Of a DNA stretch of 64,000 bases, positions 35,608 through 47,505 are shown piece after piece; the stretch's first letter is position 1; every line of letters begins with the position of its first letter. The stretch is taken from the NCBI GenBank assembly GCA_038087875.1, contig CM075994.1, forward strand, positions 10,914,001 through 10,978,000, read 5' to 3'. Made by a program: the position numbers and the translations under genes. This DNA comes from Malacoraja senta (taxonomy: Eukaryota). The notes under the pieces were generated by a model. The model did no database searches. It saw nothing but the letters and a program-made list of their open reading frames with translations, and was not told the origin of the DNA.

Positions 35608-38600
35608 TTTTACTTCGGAGTCACGTGAGTGACTACGTGAAGAAGGCCCGTCAGGGCGCATGCGCGTCATTACGTCGGACGCATTGGCGACAACGGCAGC
35701 GGGAGCTCGGAGCTCCTTCTGCAACGTGAGTAAATACAACTCCACCAAAGTCGGGGAGACTTTGGAGGAGTTAGAAAAGAGTAAATAAATTGTTTCTGTC
35801 TGTTTTTTCCCCCCCATATACAGGAACAAGGGAAAGGTGCAGGCTGCTGCCGACAAGGAGAGAGAGAGCTGCGGGACGCAGTCTCTGAAAGGCAGCCTGT
35901 CACCTCGGGGGAGTCGCAAGCCGGTAGCGGTGCGGCGACAGACTTCAGAAAGTGCCCAGCTGGGTACACAGCCAACGCCAGTCGGGCGGTCGGCATAAGT
36001 TAAGTCAGTAAGGGCTATAGACTCCGCAGAGTCGGGCCACGAGAGTCCCGTCGGGGACAGGATACCGTTCCCCAGCGGTTATCCAAAAGGAGCAGCTCAT
36101 ACAGGAGCTGCTCCACAGAGACGCTCCAGGAGGAGGAGTGCAGGCGGGAAGCCATAGGGAAGGCTCCGCTGGCAGTGCCTAGGAGAGGTCTGCCTCATAA
36201 AGCCACAACTCCAGGAGGAGTTGTGCAGGTGGGAAGCCTTATGGAAGGCTCCGCTGGCAGTGCCTTGGAGAGGCCTGCTTCATAAAGCCATACTCCAGGA
36301 GGAGTTGTGCAGGCGGGAGGCCGTGGGGACGGCTCCGCTGGCAGTGCCTAGTAGAGGCCTGCTTGAAAGCACCCTCTTTGCAAGAGGTGAGTGCAGAAGG
36401 GCAGATACGCTCTGACCCTGAGTCCGACGACTTCCAAAGGGAGGGCAGGCAGCTGTCAGAGCTGACACCGTGTGCAGCACGGTTTGCCATGTCGTCGGAT
36501 GCTGGTGAGCCTCTGGGTGAGGAACTTGCCACCAGCATAAATGCCAGCCTGGCACAGTGCAACTGGCACAGCTGTTTGGCGAGGATTTCGCACAGCAGGT
36601 GAAGGAGCTGGAGGAGGAGGCTAAGACGGCAGCCACATATTCACCAAAGCGGAAGTATCCCTATAAGGGAGCAGACTGGTCCGGGCAAGGGACGAGTCCA
36701 GCTACGATGCAGCGCAGTTGGCGTTCGGCTGTAGCACCACCACGGAGGTGAGATATCCAGCTCAAGGCCGGGGAAGAATGCCAGGTGGTAAGGAGGTAAG
36801 AGGGTCTGGTTCTCATGTAGACAGATCTAATGTGATACAATTAAATGTTTACCTCAGATATGTTTATACTGAAGGTTATTCAAGGGCATCGAATAAAGCT
36901 TAAATGCAAATTCTGATTTACCCATGCAACATGTTCCAAAAAAGGAGTTTGACTTCAGTATCACTGAACAATTGGAAGTTCAGCTGGAACTTGCAAGCTT
37001 ATGTAATAAAGGTGTAATTGCTAAGGCAGTTTACCAAAGCCATCAGTTTGTGTCCAATATCTTTCCCAGACCAAAAAAGGATGGGGGGATGCAGAATTAT
37101 ACAGACCTGAATAGGTTTAACCCTTTTGTACGGTATAGACATTTTAAGATGGAAACGTTTGTGAAGGAGATCTTAAAGATGCGGATTCAGTGTCTGTTCA
37201 TTTGCAGGATAGAAGATTTAAAATTCAGCTGGATGGGGAATTATGCCAATACAATCCACTGCCTAATGGTTTGTCTTCAGCTCCTAGAGGGATTACAAAG
37301 TTGTTAAAACCTATTCTAGGCATGATGACAAGTCAAGGTCATGTGCTCATGGCTTAGCTAAATAATATCTTGATTGTAGGACAATCAAAGGAAGCAGCTG
37401 AAGCATCAGTGGCAGTTGGTAAAAACCAATTTTAATTGGGCTTTATAAGCTATTCTGAGGAATCTAAATTTATACCTGTGACACAAATTGACTAGTTGGC
37501 TTCACAATGGACTTAATCAACATCATTGTGACCTTGCCCAGGCAAAAAAGGGTACAGCTAATTAAGAGCTATATCAAGTTAATTGCTAACGCACAGCCTT
37601 CAATTAGCCAGGTGACAAGACTGCTGTGGTAATGGCTGGCAGCATTTCCAGCAGTTCAATATGGCCACTTTATTATCTACAATTACAAAGGTCAAAGGAA
37701 CAAGCATTGAGGATACATTGGGGTCATTATAATAGACCTATGCTTCTATCAAAAGAGGCTGTTGCTGATGTACAATGGTGGATTCAGCATGTGTCCACTA
37801 GTAGTTCCAAAGTGTTATTGGACCAAGCTTCCATGATTTGCAGACAGATGTCAGAGCACTTCGGTAGGGTGCTACTGATACAAGATCCAGCGGTGGAGAC
37901 AGATGAACATTGCTTCTGCATACATGGGGAATTAACCAAGAGTATTTTATGGACTCACGGCTTATGGCACTAACTAAACTAGTTTGCATGTGCAGTGCAA
38001 AATAGACAACACTGCAGCAGTTGCTGATATGAATCACATGGGTGGAATCAAATCGTTATCATGTGACAGGTTGGCAAATACAATTGGACCTGGAGTAGGG
38101 ATAGAGAGATTTGGATTGGAGCTATCTATCTGCCAGGGAAACTTAATGTAGTACCAGATGGCAGCTCACGAAAATTCCATCATAACACAGAGTGGATGTG
38201 GAACCAGGATGTGTTCAAGGACATAGTACTTCTATATGGAAGGCCAAAATATGTTTCATAGGCACCAGATCCAGGGGCAGTGGCAATTGATGCTTTTTCA
38301 CTAAATTGGGATGATATGTTGGTGTACATTTTCCCACCATTCTGCCTCATAGGTCGGTGTTTGAGAAAATCAAGCAGGATGCCGCTTCAGGGGTTTTGGT
38401 GATACCAAATTGCCTGATTCAACCATGGTTCCCTTTGATGTTACAGATAGCGATCCAACCTCTTTTTGCTGATTCCAAACAGTAGGAATTTGCTGGAGCA
38501 TCCAGTAACGCATTAAGTTCATCCGTTATGTGACGGTATGGATCTGTTAGTTTGCAGGTTTCAAGAATGCCTTGCATTGGTCGAGGACTTTCTAGGCCAA

Positions 38601-40100
38601 CGGTGTATATACTCGCTGCAGTCTGGAGAAAGAGTACTCAAAAACAGTATATGACTTATGAAAAAAAAAAAAAAAAGGAACAATATTGTGTTCAAAAGAA
38701 TATTCAATATGATACTGTAGTTATTGAAAATGTGTTAGAGTTTATCTACACTTTATTATGATGAAGGTCTTAGCTATATTGCTATCAATACAGCTAGAAG
38801 TGCTTTGTCCGCATATCTTGTAATAGGTACACGGACACAAAGTATAGGTTCTCACCCTCTCATATCTAGGTTGATGAAAGGAATCTAATTCCAAACCGCC
38901 TAAGCCTAGTTATATGGTAATCTGCGAGGTAAGCGTTGTTCGTAACATACTTCGTCATTGGGTCCCTGTCACGGCTATAATTTTGTTAAAATTAACCATG
39001 AAATTGGCTATGCTAATGGCATTGGTGTCAGTACAGAGAGTGCAGACTTTCCAAAAAACTTCAGTTCGAGAGAATGGAAGTGAATACAGAGAATGTTCTG
39101 TTTTATATTTCTGACCTGCTCAAACAAAGCAGGCCAGGTGTTACAGGTTTTAAGATTGTGTTCTCAGCATATCCTACAGCTCCATGTTTATGTGTAAGGA
39201 CACATTTGTTACATTACATTGAAGCCACAAGGGCTTTAAGACAAGAAGAAACAGGATTATTTGTCAGTTACAAAAAGCCAACATAAAAGAGTGGCAGTTC
39301 AGACTATCTCAAGGTGGTTAAAGCAAGAGTTGGTTCAGGCAGGAATTGACATTTATGTGTTTACATCTCATTCCACTAGCGCAGTAGCAACATCCGCGGC
39401 CAGGGCGATGGACGTTCCCATCGACCATATATTAAAAGCCGCAGGTTAGAAAAATGAACTTGTGTTTCAGCAATACTACCATCGGCCGATTACCGATGGA
39501 GGGCTGTTTGCTAACTCAATATTGAGTGCTGTTGCTATTGTTTTAAAGTCTGTTTTCAATACTGTTTCATTCTGTTTCGTTTGTTGCCCTACATTAAGAG
39601 GGTTTATTGGTTGTTTTATGACCAAAAAGTAAAACTGTTTTTGTTTTTGCATGATATGCAATGTCATGTTTACAGCATTATTGATGATACTCAGTCAATC
39701 GATGCAGTGAGAAGCCGGGATTTTGATCTGCGGCATAAAAATCACAGAGCTTTAAAATCTTCACGTAGTCACTCACGTGACTCCGAAGTAAAATAGTAAG
39801 ATTAAACGAGAACTTACCAGTTTGAAGTTTGATCTTTATTTTATGAGGAGTTACGTTGGTGATTACGTGCCCGCCACGCCCAACCCTCTCTCATAGAAAA
39901 AAGGTCTTAATGGTAGTTCTCATGTTGATCATCTTAATATGTTACTTCAATTATGGTTTTGTCTGTGATTTCATACCGCTGCTTTGAAGATTGACGCGCA
40001 TGCGCCCTGACGGGCCTTCTTCACGTAATCACCAACGTAACTCCTCATAAAATAAAGATCAAACTTCAAACTGGTAAGTTCTCATTTAATCTTACTATTT
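35608..40100 (+). mobile_element. DIRS1-type retrotransposon, copy 3 (divergent, more decayed subfamily)
   Basis: Same terminal sequences as copy 2, ICR 39758-39869, own ITR (GAAGGCCCGTCAGGGCGCATGCGCGTCA). Remnants FVSNIFPRPKKDGG, HFKMET, FPPF, LVSVQRVQT, TISRWLK...SHST. Confidence 0.92.
36124..36370 (+). repeat. Three ~84-bp tandem units inside the DIRS copy 3 gag region
   Basis: GCTCCGCTGGCAGTGCCT recurs at 36163, 36248 and 36332. Confidence 0.85.
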
Positions 40101-42154
40101 GTGTTTATTGTGTGTTTTGTTATTTATTATATGTATGACTGCAGGCAACGAAATTTTGTCCAGACCGAAAGGTCTGAATGACAATAAAGGAATCTAAGTC
40201 TAAGTCAAAGTCTAAAAAGAGAAGATACAGGGCACAGGATTTAGTCATCAGTTCCATAGACAAAGTCCACTGTTCACAGAGCAGTAGATGTGAATCGGAC
40301 TGTGCCCAGCTTCTGGAGGTTCCTTTTAAATAAGGTGGAAATAACCCAAGGAATTGTGGCATTAAAAGACTAAAGGGATAGTTGGTCTATACCAGTGTAA
40401 AAAATGCATGCTCCTATATTGGCTAATAGCTAATTAAATATTGTAACGTTTACGTTGCAAGACTGAGGTCTGGAGTGCAACACCCATTAATCTAATTTTA
40501 TTTTTCGAAGGAGCAGCAATTCCTATTTATAGATGTGATATTTGTCTTCCCTGATCTAAATTCCCTCATCATTCTGAGGTACACTTTGACAGGTTCTCTG
40601 CACCTGAGCCATGATTCACTATTCATTTCCCCCCTCTTCCGTCACCTTCCCATCACTCAACTCAACAATCTTTCACCATTTTGTTTCTATCATCCCTCGG
40701 AATAAAAAATGCCAGAAGAGTCTCAACGCAAAACATCACCTATCCATGTTTTCCAGAGATACTGCCAGACCTGCGGAGTTACTCCAGCACATTGTGTCCT
40801 TTTCTGTACACCAGCATCTGCAGTTCCTTGTTTCTACATAAAGTAATCTCTGGTTAATAGTTCTCTGCTCTGTTTAAATTTGCTGCTTCAAGTTTGAGTT
40901 CCCAGAGATATGAGCACAGAATACCAGGCACTCCACTGGATTAGCAACAAATAAAGTGCTGCAGGAACTTGGTGGGTCAGGCAGCATCCGTGGAAGGAGA
41001 TGGACACAAAATGTTTTGGGTTGGGGCCCGAATGGAGTAGAGGGGTGAAAGCGGGTGGAGAGAGGTGAGGGTGAAGGGTTGGGGAGGGGCTGGTGACAGG
41101 TGGATCTAGGTGGGTAAGGGTAGTTTGGCAGATGAGGGAGAGAGGGTAGAGATTGGAACTGATACTGGAGGTGACAAGTGGAGAAGATAAAAAGGTGTTG
41201 GTGGTGGAATCTAATGAGCCGGGACACAAAACATAAAACCACGGGGAGGGATGGTGGTTTGAAGGGAACGGGGCAGGTTTGGAATGTGGGGCCTGGGGTG
41301 GAGAAGGGTGGGAGATGCTTTGGATTCCAGCAGCTGCAGTCTCTTGTGTCGTAAAAGTCATAGATTCATACAGCATTGAAACAGGCCCTTCAGCCCAACC
41401 TGCCCACACCCACCAACATGTCTCATTTACACTAGTCCCACCTGCCTGCATTTGGCCCATATCCCTCCAAACCTATCCAGTCAGTCTGTGTTTCTTAAAC
41501 GTTGAGATAGCCTTTACCCTTAAACGTTACCCTTTGTGTAACCCCTCGGTTTCCTATTAAATCTTTCCCTACTCATCTTAAATCTATGTCCTCTGGTTCT
41601 TGAATTCCCCAACTCTGGGCAAGAAACTGTGCCTTTACCTGATCTACACCTCTATACGATCACCCCTCATACTCCTGCGCTCCAAGGAATAGAGTCCTAG
41701 CCTGCTGAACCTTTGCCTGTAGCTGAGGCCCCTGAGTCCTGTCAACATCCTGGTAAAACTTCTCTGTACACTTTTCTGGCTTGATAACATCTTTCCAACG
41801 ATTTGGTGTCCCAATCTGAACACAATACTCTTAATGTTGCCTTACCAACATCTTGTATAACTGCAACATGACCTCCCAACTTCTACACTCAATACTCTGA
41901 GTGTGACTCCACTTGATGGCTCTTTTAAACATTGTTGTGTCGATCCATGTGTAAGATCGAAAGGCACAGTTTTGGCCAATATTTATTCCTTTACCATCAC
42001 CATTATCACACGTGGTGGGACCTCACTCTAAATAATTTGGCTGCTTGACTTCCTTGGGGAACTGGGAAATGACTGCAATCTACAATATCAATAACATTGT
42101 TGGCTGCAGGGTGCATTTCAAAGCCTTTCTTGTTTTACTTTCAATGGGCACAGT

Positions 42155-42741
42155 AAAGGCCGTGTCTTACCTGTTTGCGGTCATCGGCGGTGAAGCGCGG
42201 CGTCGCCGGTAGCGAGGACCGCGCGGCAACGGCGAGAGCGTCGAGCCTATCCACCGGAGCGCCGCACGGATGTTGCGCGGGGGCCGAGTTAATTCAAACA
42301 CGGCGGGTCCCACGTGCTTGCGGTAAGTAAAAAAAGGGCGGGCCGACTGCGATGACGTCGGCCCCCCGCACGTGACTCACCAGCGGCGGCTGTGGCGGCG
42401 GCCATCCTGATCGCGGCGCTGTAGCGGTGGCTGTGCCTGTGGCCGCGCAGCACACGTGCCTCACTGGCGGCGGCACGTGCGTCACTGGCGGAGGCTGTGG
42501 CAGAGGAGGTTTGACGCACGGCGCTCGACCCACACTGGCGGCGGCCCGTGCGAGCGGCCGTGCGCACTCGTGCATCACTGGTGGAGGTTGTGCGGTGAGT
42601 ATAGTGTTTTCGACATTGTCGATTTTATTTTTGCACCGTCGCACGGCCCGGGAATTGTTCTTTCTCACGAGTGCGCGGTCTATGGCGGCAGATTCTTCCC
42701 GTTTCGCCGCCAATGACCGCAGACTCGTGAGACAGGCCTTT
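42155..42741. mobile_element. GC-rich MITE with ~40-bp imperfect TIRs (PIF/Harbinger-like)
   Basis: Left AAAGGCCGTGTCTTACCTGTTTGCGGTCATCGGCGG vs reverse complement of right AAAGGCCTGTCTCACGAGTCTGCGGTCATTGGCGG. T/A-rich flanks. Confidence 0.7.
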
Positions 42742-42913
42742 TAGCAGCCCAAGGCTGCCTGAAGCTACATAGAGAGAGAGAGAGAAGTCATAGAGAGAGA
42801 TGGCCCACTGCTGGTTCCAGGGCTCAGATTACAGAAGGGTGTGGGGAAATGTGGGTATCTGTGCCTTTGCAAAGCTTCCTTCTTGTGCACCAGCTTCCAA
42901 TCCAATGTTCCAG

Positions 42914-43029
42914 ATGCAAACAGGAATACATCGCTCCAACGGACTTTCCCACCGATCTCCACACTGACTCCATCATCACACATTTCCGTTACGTTAAAAT
43001 CTGGGATGAGCTGAAAGCACTTGTGCCAG
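42914..43029 (+). CDS. TRIM-A linker exon (116 bp, phase 2-1)
   Basis: GTTCCAG|ATGC...CCAG|GTACGT. Encodes CKQEYIAPTDFPTDLHTDSIITHFRYVKIWDELKALVP and joins the PRY/SPRY exon in phase. Confidence 0.72.
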
Positions 43030-43584
43030 GTACGTGATCCTGCTTTTTGGGGAGTTGGGGTGGAGGGAAAGGGGGTGGTGAGAGGTGGGTGGGCGGGGGG
43101 GGGTGCAGGGAGACAGGGTTCGGGATGTGCTGCTCATACATCCATTACATGGGGGCTATATTGCGCTATGACTCAGTGGTACCACACGTGCCTCTTAGAA
43201 GGACGCAAATCCCACTCCAGAAACTTGACCACTGTAGCAACTTTGTACTGATGATGAAGGGAGTTTGCGTTGAGTTTATTGTCCAGTGTACCGAGGCACA
43301 ATGACAATGTGTTTTAGTGCTAACCAGTCAACGGAAAGACAATACGTGATTACAATCAAGCCATCCACAGTGTACAGACACATTATAAAGAGAATAACGT
43401 GAATAATGTTTAGTTAAATCCAGTAAAGTCCAATGTGGATGGGGAGCCAATCAAGCTTTGTCCTGGCTTACAAACTATAAAACAGTAAATGAAGGAAATA
43501 ATCAGCAGGCCAAGCAGCATTTAGACAGCGAAACAGAGTGTTAATATTTCAGGTCATAGATCATGATACAGGAGTCTTCACTGT

Positions 43585-44590
43585 AAAGACTCTATCCCCT
43601 ACACCCAATTCCTCTGTTTACGCCGCATCTGCGCCCAGGATGAGGTGTTCCATACCGGGGCATCGGACATGTCCTCATGCTTTAGGGAACGGGGGTTCCC
43701 CTCTTCCATTATAGATGAGGCTCTCACTAGGGTCTCCTCTATATCCCGCAGCTCCGCTCTTACTCCCCCTCCCCCTCCCCCTATTCGTAACAAGGACAGA
43801 ATCAACCTTGTCCGCACCTTCCACCCCATCAGCCGTCGCATACAACATATAATCCTCCGACGCCTCCAACGGGATCCCACTGCTGGACACATCTTCCCAT
43901 CTCCACCCCCTCTGCTTTCTGCAGAGACCATTCGCTCCATAACTCCCTGGTCAATTTGCCCCTTCCCACATCCTCTCCAGGTACTTTCCCCTGCAACCGT
44001 ATGAGATGCAACACTTGTCCCCTAACCTCCCCGCTCAACTCCATCCATGAACCCAATCAGTCTTTCCAGGAGAGGCTGAGGTTCACTTGCCACTCCTCCA
44101 ACCTCATCTACTGTATCCGCTGTTCCAGGTGTCATCTTCTCTACATCGGCGAGACCAAGCGTAGGCTCGGCGATCGTTTCGCTGAACACCTCCACTCAAT
44201 CCGTCGTCACCAAGCTGATCTCCCGGTGGCTCAGCACTTTAACTCCCCCTCCCATTCCCAATCTGACCTTTCTGTCCTGGGCCTCCTCCATTGTCAGAGT
44301 GAGGCCCAGTGCAAATTGGAGGAACAGCACCTCATATTTCGCTTGGGCAGTTTACACCCCAGCGGTATGAACATTGACTTCTCCAATTTCAGATAGCCTT
44401 TGCTTTCTCCCTCCATCCCCTCCCCTTCCCAGTTGTCCTATTGTCTCCGCCCATTTTATATCTTTTCACGCCCCCCCCCCCCCATCAGTCTGAAGAAGGG
44501 TCTCGACTCGAAACGTCACCCATTCCTTCTCTCCATAGATGCTGCCTCACCTGCTGAGTTACTCCAGCATTTTGTGTCTACCTTCTCGCC
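43585..44590 (+). mobile_element. 5'-truncated Penelope-like element with open GIY-YIG frame
   Basis: ORF 43956-44396 NLIYCIRC...YIGETKRRLGDRFAEH. The hammerhead-like motif recurs at 44490-44517. Confidence 0.88.
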
Positions 44591-44862
44591 AGACATACTG
44601 CTGGTCCCACTGAGTTACTCCAGCTTTTTGTGTCTATCTTCACTTGCTAATCATGCCTTGCACATTCTCATCAACATTATTGATGGAGATGACAAGGCAG
44701 CAATGGGCCCAGCACCGAACCCTGAGGCACACCACTGGTCACGGGCCTCCAGCCCGAAAAGCAACCTTCCACCATCGCCCTCTGCTTCCTTCCATGAAGC
44801 CAACAGTGTGAGCCCCACAGTGGGGAACAATCTCCACTGACCGACTGTTTCATGCCTTTCAG

Positions 44863-45392
44863 CCCGGGAGTCTCTGAAGCTGGACGCATGGACAGCTCAC
44901 CCCCGGCTGCTCCTGTCCGAGGACCTGCGCAGTGTGGTGGACGGTGAGAAGCGGTGGGAGTGCTCGCTCTCGCCCCAGTGTTTCAACCACTGACTGTGCG
45001 TGCTGGCCGGCAGCGGCTTCAAGTCGGGGCGACACTACTGGGACGTGGAGCTGGGGGGCAACCAGGCCTGCTTGCTGGGGGTGGCCAGCGAGTTGGCCGA
45101 CCGGCTGATCACCGGGCCGCTGGTGCCGCAGGATGGCTACTGGGTGCTGGAGATGGTCAACGGCAACCTGGTCAACCTGGGTGGGCCAGAGCCTCGGAGC
45201 CTCCCCATCCGACACAAGCCCCAAACCGTCCGCGTCTACCTGGACTACGAGGAGGGGCACCTGTCGTTCTACAATGCCGACAGCCTTTGCCACCTCTACA
45301 CCCTGCACCACAAGTTCACCAAAACCCTCTTCCCTCTCTTCAACCCTCACAACAAGAAGGAAGGCAGTAGCAGCCCACTCAGGCTGGCCTGA
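44863..45392 (+). pseudogene. TRIM-A PRY/SPRY (B30.2) terminal exon with premature TGA at 44991-44993
   Basis: CCTTTCAG acceptor. LKLDAWTAHPRLLLSEDLRSV (PRY), CVLAGSGFKSGRHYWDVE and VRVYLDYEEGHLSFYNAD...LYT...FTKTLFPLFNP (SPRY). Confidence 0.9.
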
Positions 45393-45783
45393 TACTGACC
45401 CTGGGAGGGTGTCCGCAGGGCTGTTCCCAAGGAGCTGCTTCAACCTGGGATGGATAAATCCCAAGGCTTTTCCGGTTAACTCTTTCCCCTTGGTTTGAAG
45501 CATTAAAGGTAATGAGGGCGGCAGAGTGGCACAGGTGGTAGATCCACTGCCTCACGGTGTGGAATAAGCACGTTGGGCGCTGTGTGGTGCTTGTAGATAG
45601 ATGCCCCTCCAACTTCACCTGTATTCACGGGGGTTAGGAGGGGGGGTGGTTAACAAGCGTGTGGATCCAAGGTCCAGTTTGATATTGCTGTGAACACAAA
45701 TATTTGCACTTTGTTGTTTTGAGGGGGATGAGTTGTTAAGGCGGGTTGTTAAGATGAGTTGTTAAATGGTTTTTATGAAGTTA

Positions 45784-45789
45784 AATAAA
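45784..45789 (+). promoter_or_regulatory. Candidate polyadenylation signal of TRIM-A
   Basis: AATAAA about 390 bp after the stop codon, just before repeats resume. Confidence 0.45.
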
Positions 45790-46811
45790 GTTTGCACACC
45801 AAATGACATGATGCGTCCTTCTGTATCCATCCACATCCCCCTGATGGCTACAATTCTGAAACCTCCAGTCTTACACGGCTCAGCCATTCGTAGAAGCTGG
45901 AACAATACAACACAGCAATCGGTCTTGAAAGTTTGAAGAAGGGTCTCAACACGAAATGTCACCCATTCCTTCTATCCAGAGACGCTGCCTGTCCCGCTGA
46001 GTTACTCCAGCATTTTGTGTCTATCTTCATTGTAAACCAACAACAGGCCCTTCGGTTCACCGTGTCTGTGCCGATGAGGATCTAAACTGTACATATTCCT
46101 TCACCTCGTCTATATCTCCCCAAATCTCTAACTGTTTATGTGCCTTTTGAAATGTGTTCTCAGTGTTGCTGTTGTTATTTGTTCCCTCGCTTCCCCTGAC
46201 AGTGCGCTCCAGGCACCTACTGCTCTCTTGTGTAAACAAATATATTCTGAGAACTCTATTCCATTACACAAGACTCAGGAACAGCTCCTTCCCATCTGGT
46301 ATTAGGCTTCTCAATGGTCTTTCCATAAGCTAGAGTACAGTCTGATTCTGCTCTCCCCCATTGCAGACATTGGACTTTGTCTTTGAAACTGTTGCGCTAC
46401 AATGTTGAAAACTGTAGTCTGCACTCTGTATCTTTTCCTTCACTCCACCTATTGTAGCTGAGTTTGTATGGGTTGTGTTTATGTGTAGTATTATCCGACT
46501 TTGAATGGATAGCATGAAAACAAAGCTTTTCACTGTACTTCAGTACATGTGACAGTAATAAACCTAAACTGAAATCTACAACTTGCCACATAAATCTCCT
46601 TTAAACTTCTCTCCTCTCACCTTAAAGCTACGGAGTCTACCCCAAGAACATCCAATAGAACAGCACAGGAGGAGGACCTTTCACCCACAATGTCTGTGCT
46701 GAACATTATACCAAAATAAGCTAATCACCACTACCTACACATGATCCATATCCCTCCATTCCCTGCATATCCATGTGCCAATCGAAAACTCTCTTAAGTA
46801 CTACTATATTC

Positions 46812-47180
46812 ACTGGAAGTTAGAAGGATGAGAGGGATTCTTATAGAAACATATAAAATGATTAAGAGATTGGACACACTAGATGCAGGAAAAATGTTCC
46901 CGATGTTGGGGGTGTCCAGAACCAGCGGTCACAGTTTAAGAATAAGCGGTAGGCCATTTAGGACTGAGATGAGGACAAGTTTTTCCACCCAGAGAGTTGT
47001 GAATCTGTGGAATTCTCTGCCACAGAGGGCAGTGGAGGCCAATTCACAGGATGTATTCAAGAGAGAGTTAGATATAGCTCTTAGGACTAACGGAATTAAG
47101 GGATTTAGGGAAAATGCAGGAACATGGTACTGATGCTGGCTCAAAGTGCCGAATGTCCTATTTTCTATGTTTCTATGTTT
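46812..47180 (+). mobile_element. CR1 (HER1-like) LINE 3' fragment
   Basis: RGILIETYK...RTSGHSLRI...QRVVNLWNSLP, with (TTCTATGT)n tail. Confidence 0.85.
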
Positions 47181-47505
47181 TAATATTGCTGCTGCCTCCA
47201 CCACCATCCCTGGTAGTATGTTCCAGGATAGACACAAAAAGCTGGAGTAACTCAGCGGGTCAGACAACATCTCTGGAGAAAAGGAATAGTGACGTTTCAG
47301 ATCGAAACCCTTCAGACTGGCCTGAAGAAGGGTCTCGACCTGAAACGTTGCCTATTCCTTTTCTCCAGAGATGCTGTCTGACCCGCTCAGTTACTCCAGC
47401 TTTTTGTGTCTATCTTTGGTTTAAACCAGCATCTGCAGTTCTGGAGTAACTCAGCGGGTCGGGCAGCATCTCTGGAGAAAAAGGATAGGTGACGCTATAG
47501 GTCTG

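Larger units (their letters stand above)
34891..40214 (+). mobile_element. ~830-bp CpG-rich non-autonomous retroposon with Rex1-like ends, split by DIRS copy 3
   Basis: Starts TGGCGGCGC and ends AATGACAATAAAG plus (TCTAAG)n. TSD AAAAG at 34886-34890 and 40215-40219. Confidence 0.6.
25587..45392 (+). pseudogene. TRIM-A: TRIM-PRY/SPRY (class IV-like) gene, coiled-coil and B30.2 exons, probable pseudogene
   Basis: AG/GT-bounded exons 25587-25682 (96 bp), 32288-32511 (224 bp, frameshifted), 42914-43029 (116 bp) and terminal exon 44863-45392 with an in-frame TGA. Sizes and phases match the usual TRIM layout. Confidence 0.82.

Noticed and set aside
44991..44993. In-frame TGA as selenocysteine or readthrough
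   Set aside because: It falls at a Trp-type position one base from TGG, I recognised no SECIS, and the same gene has an upstream frameshift.
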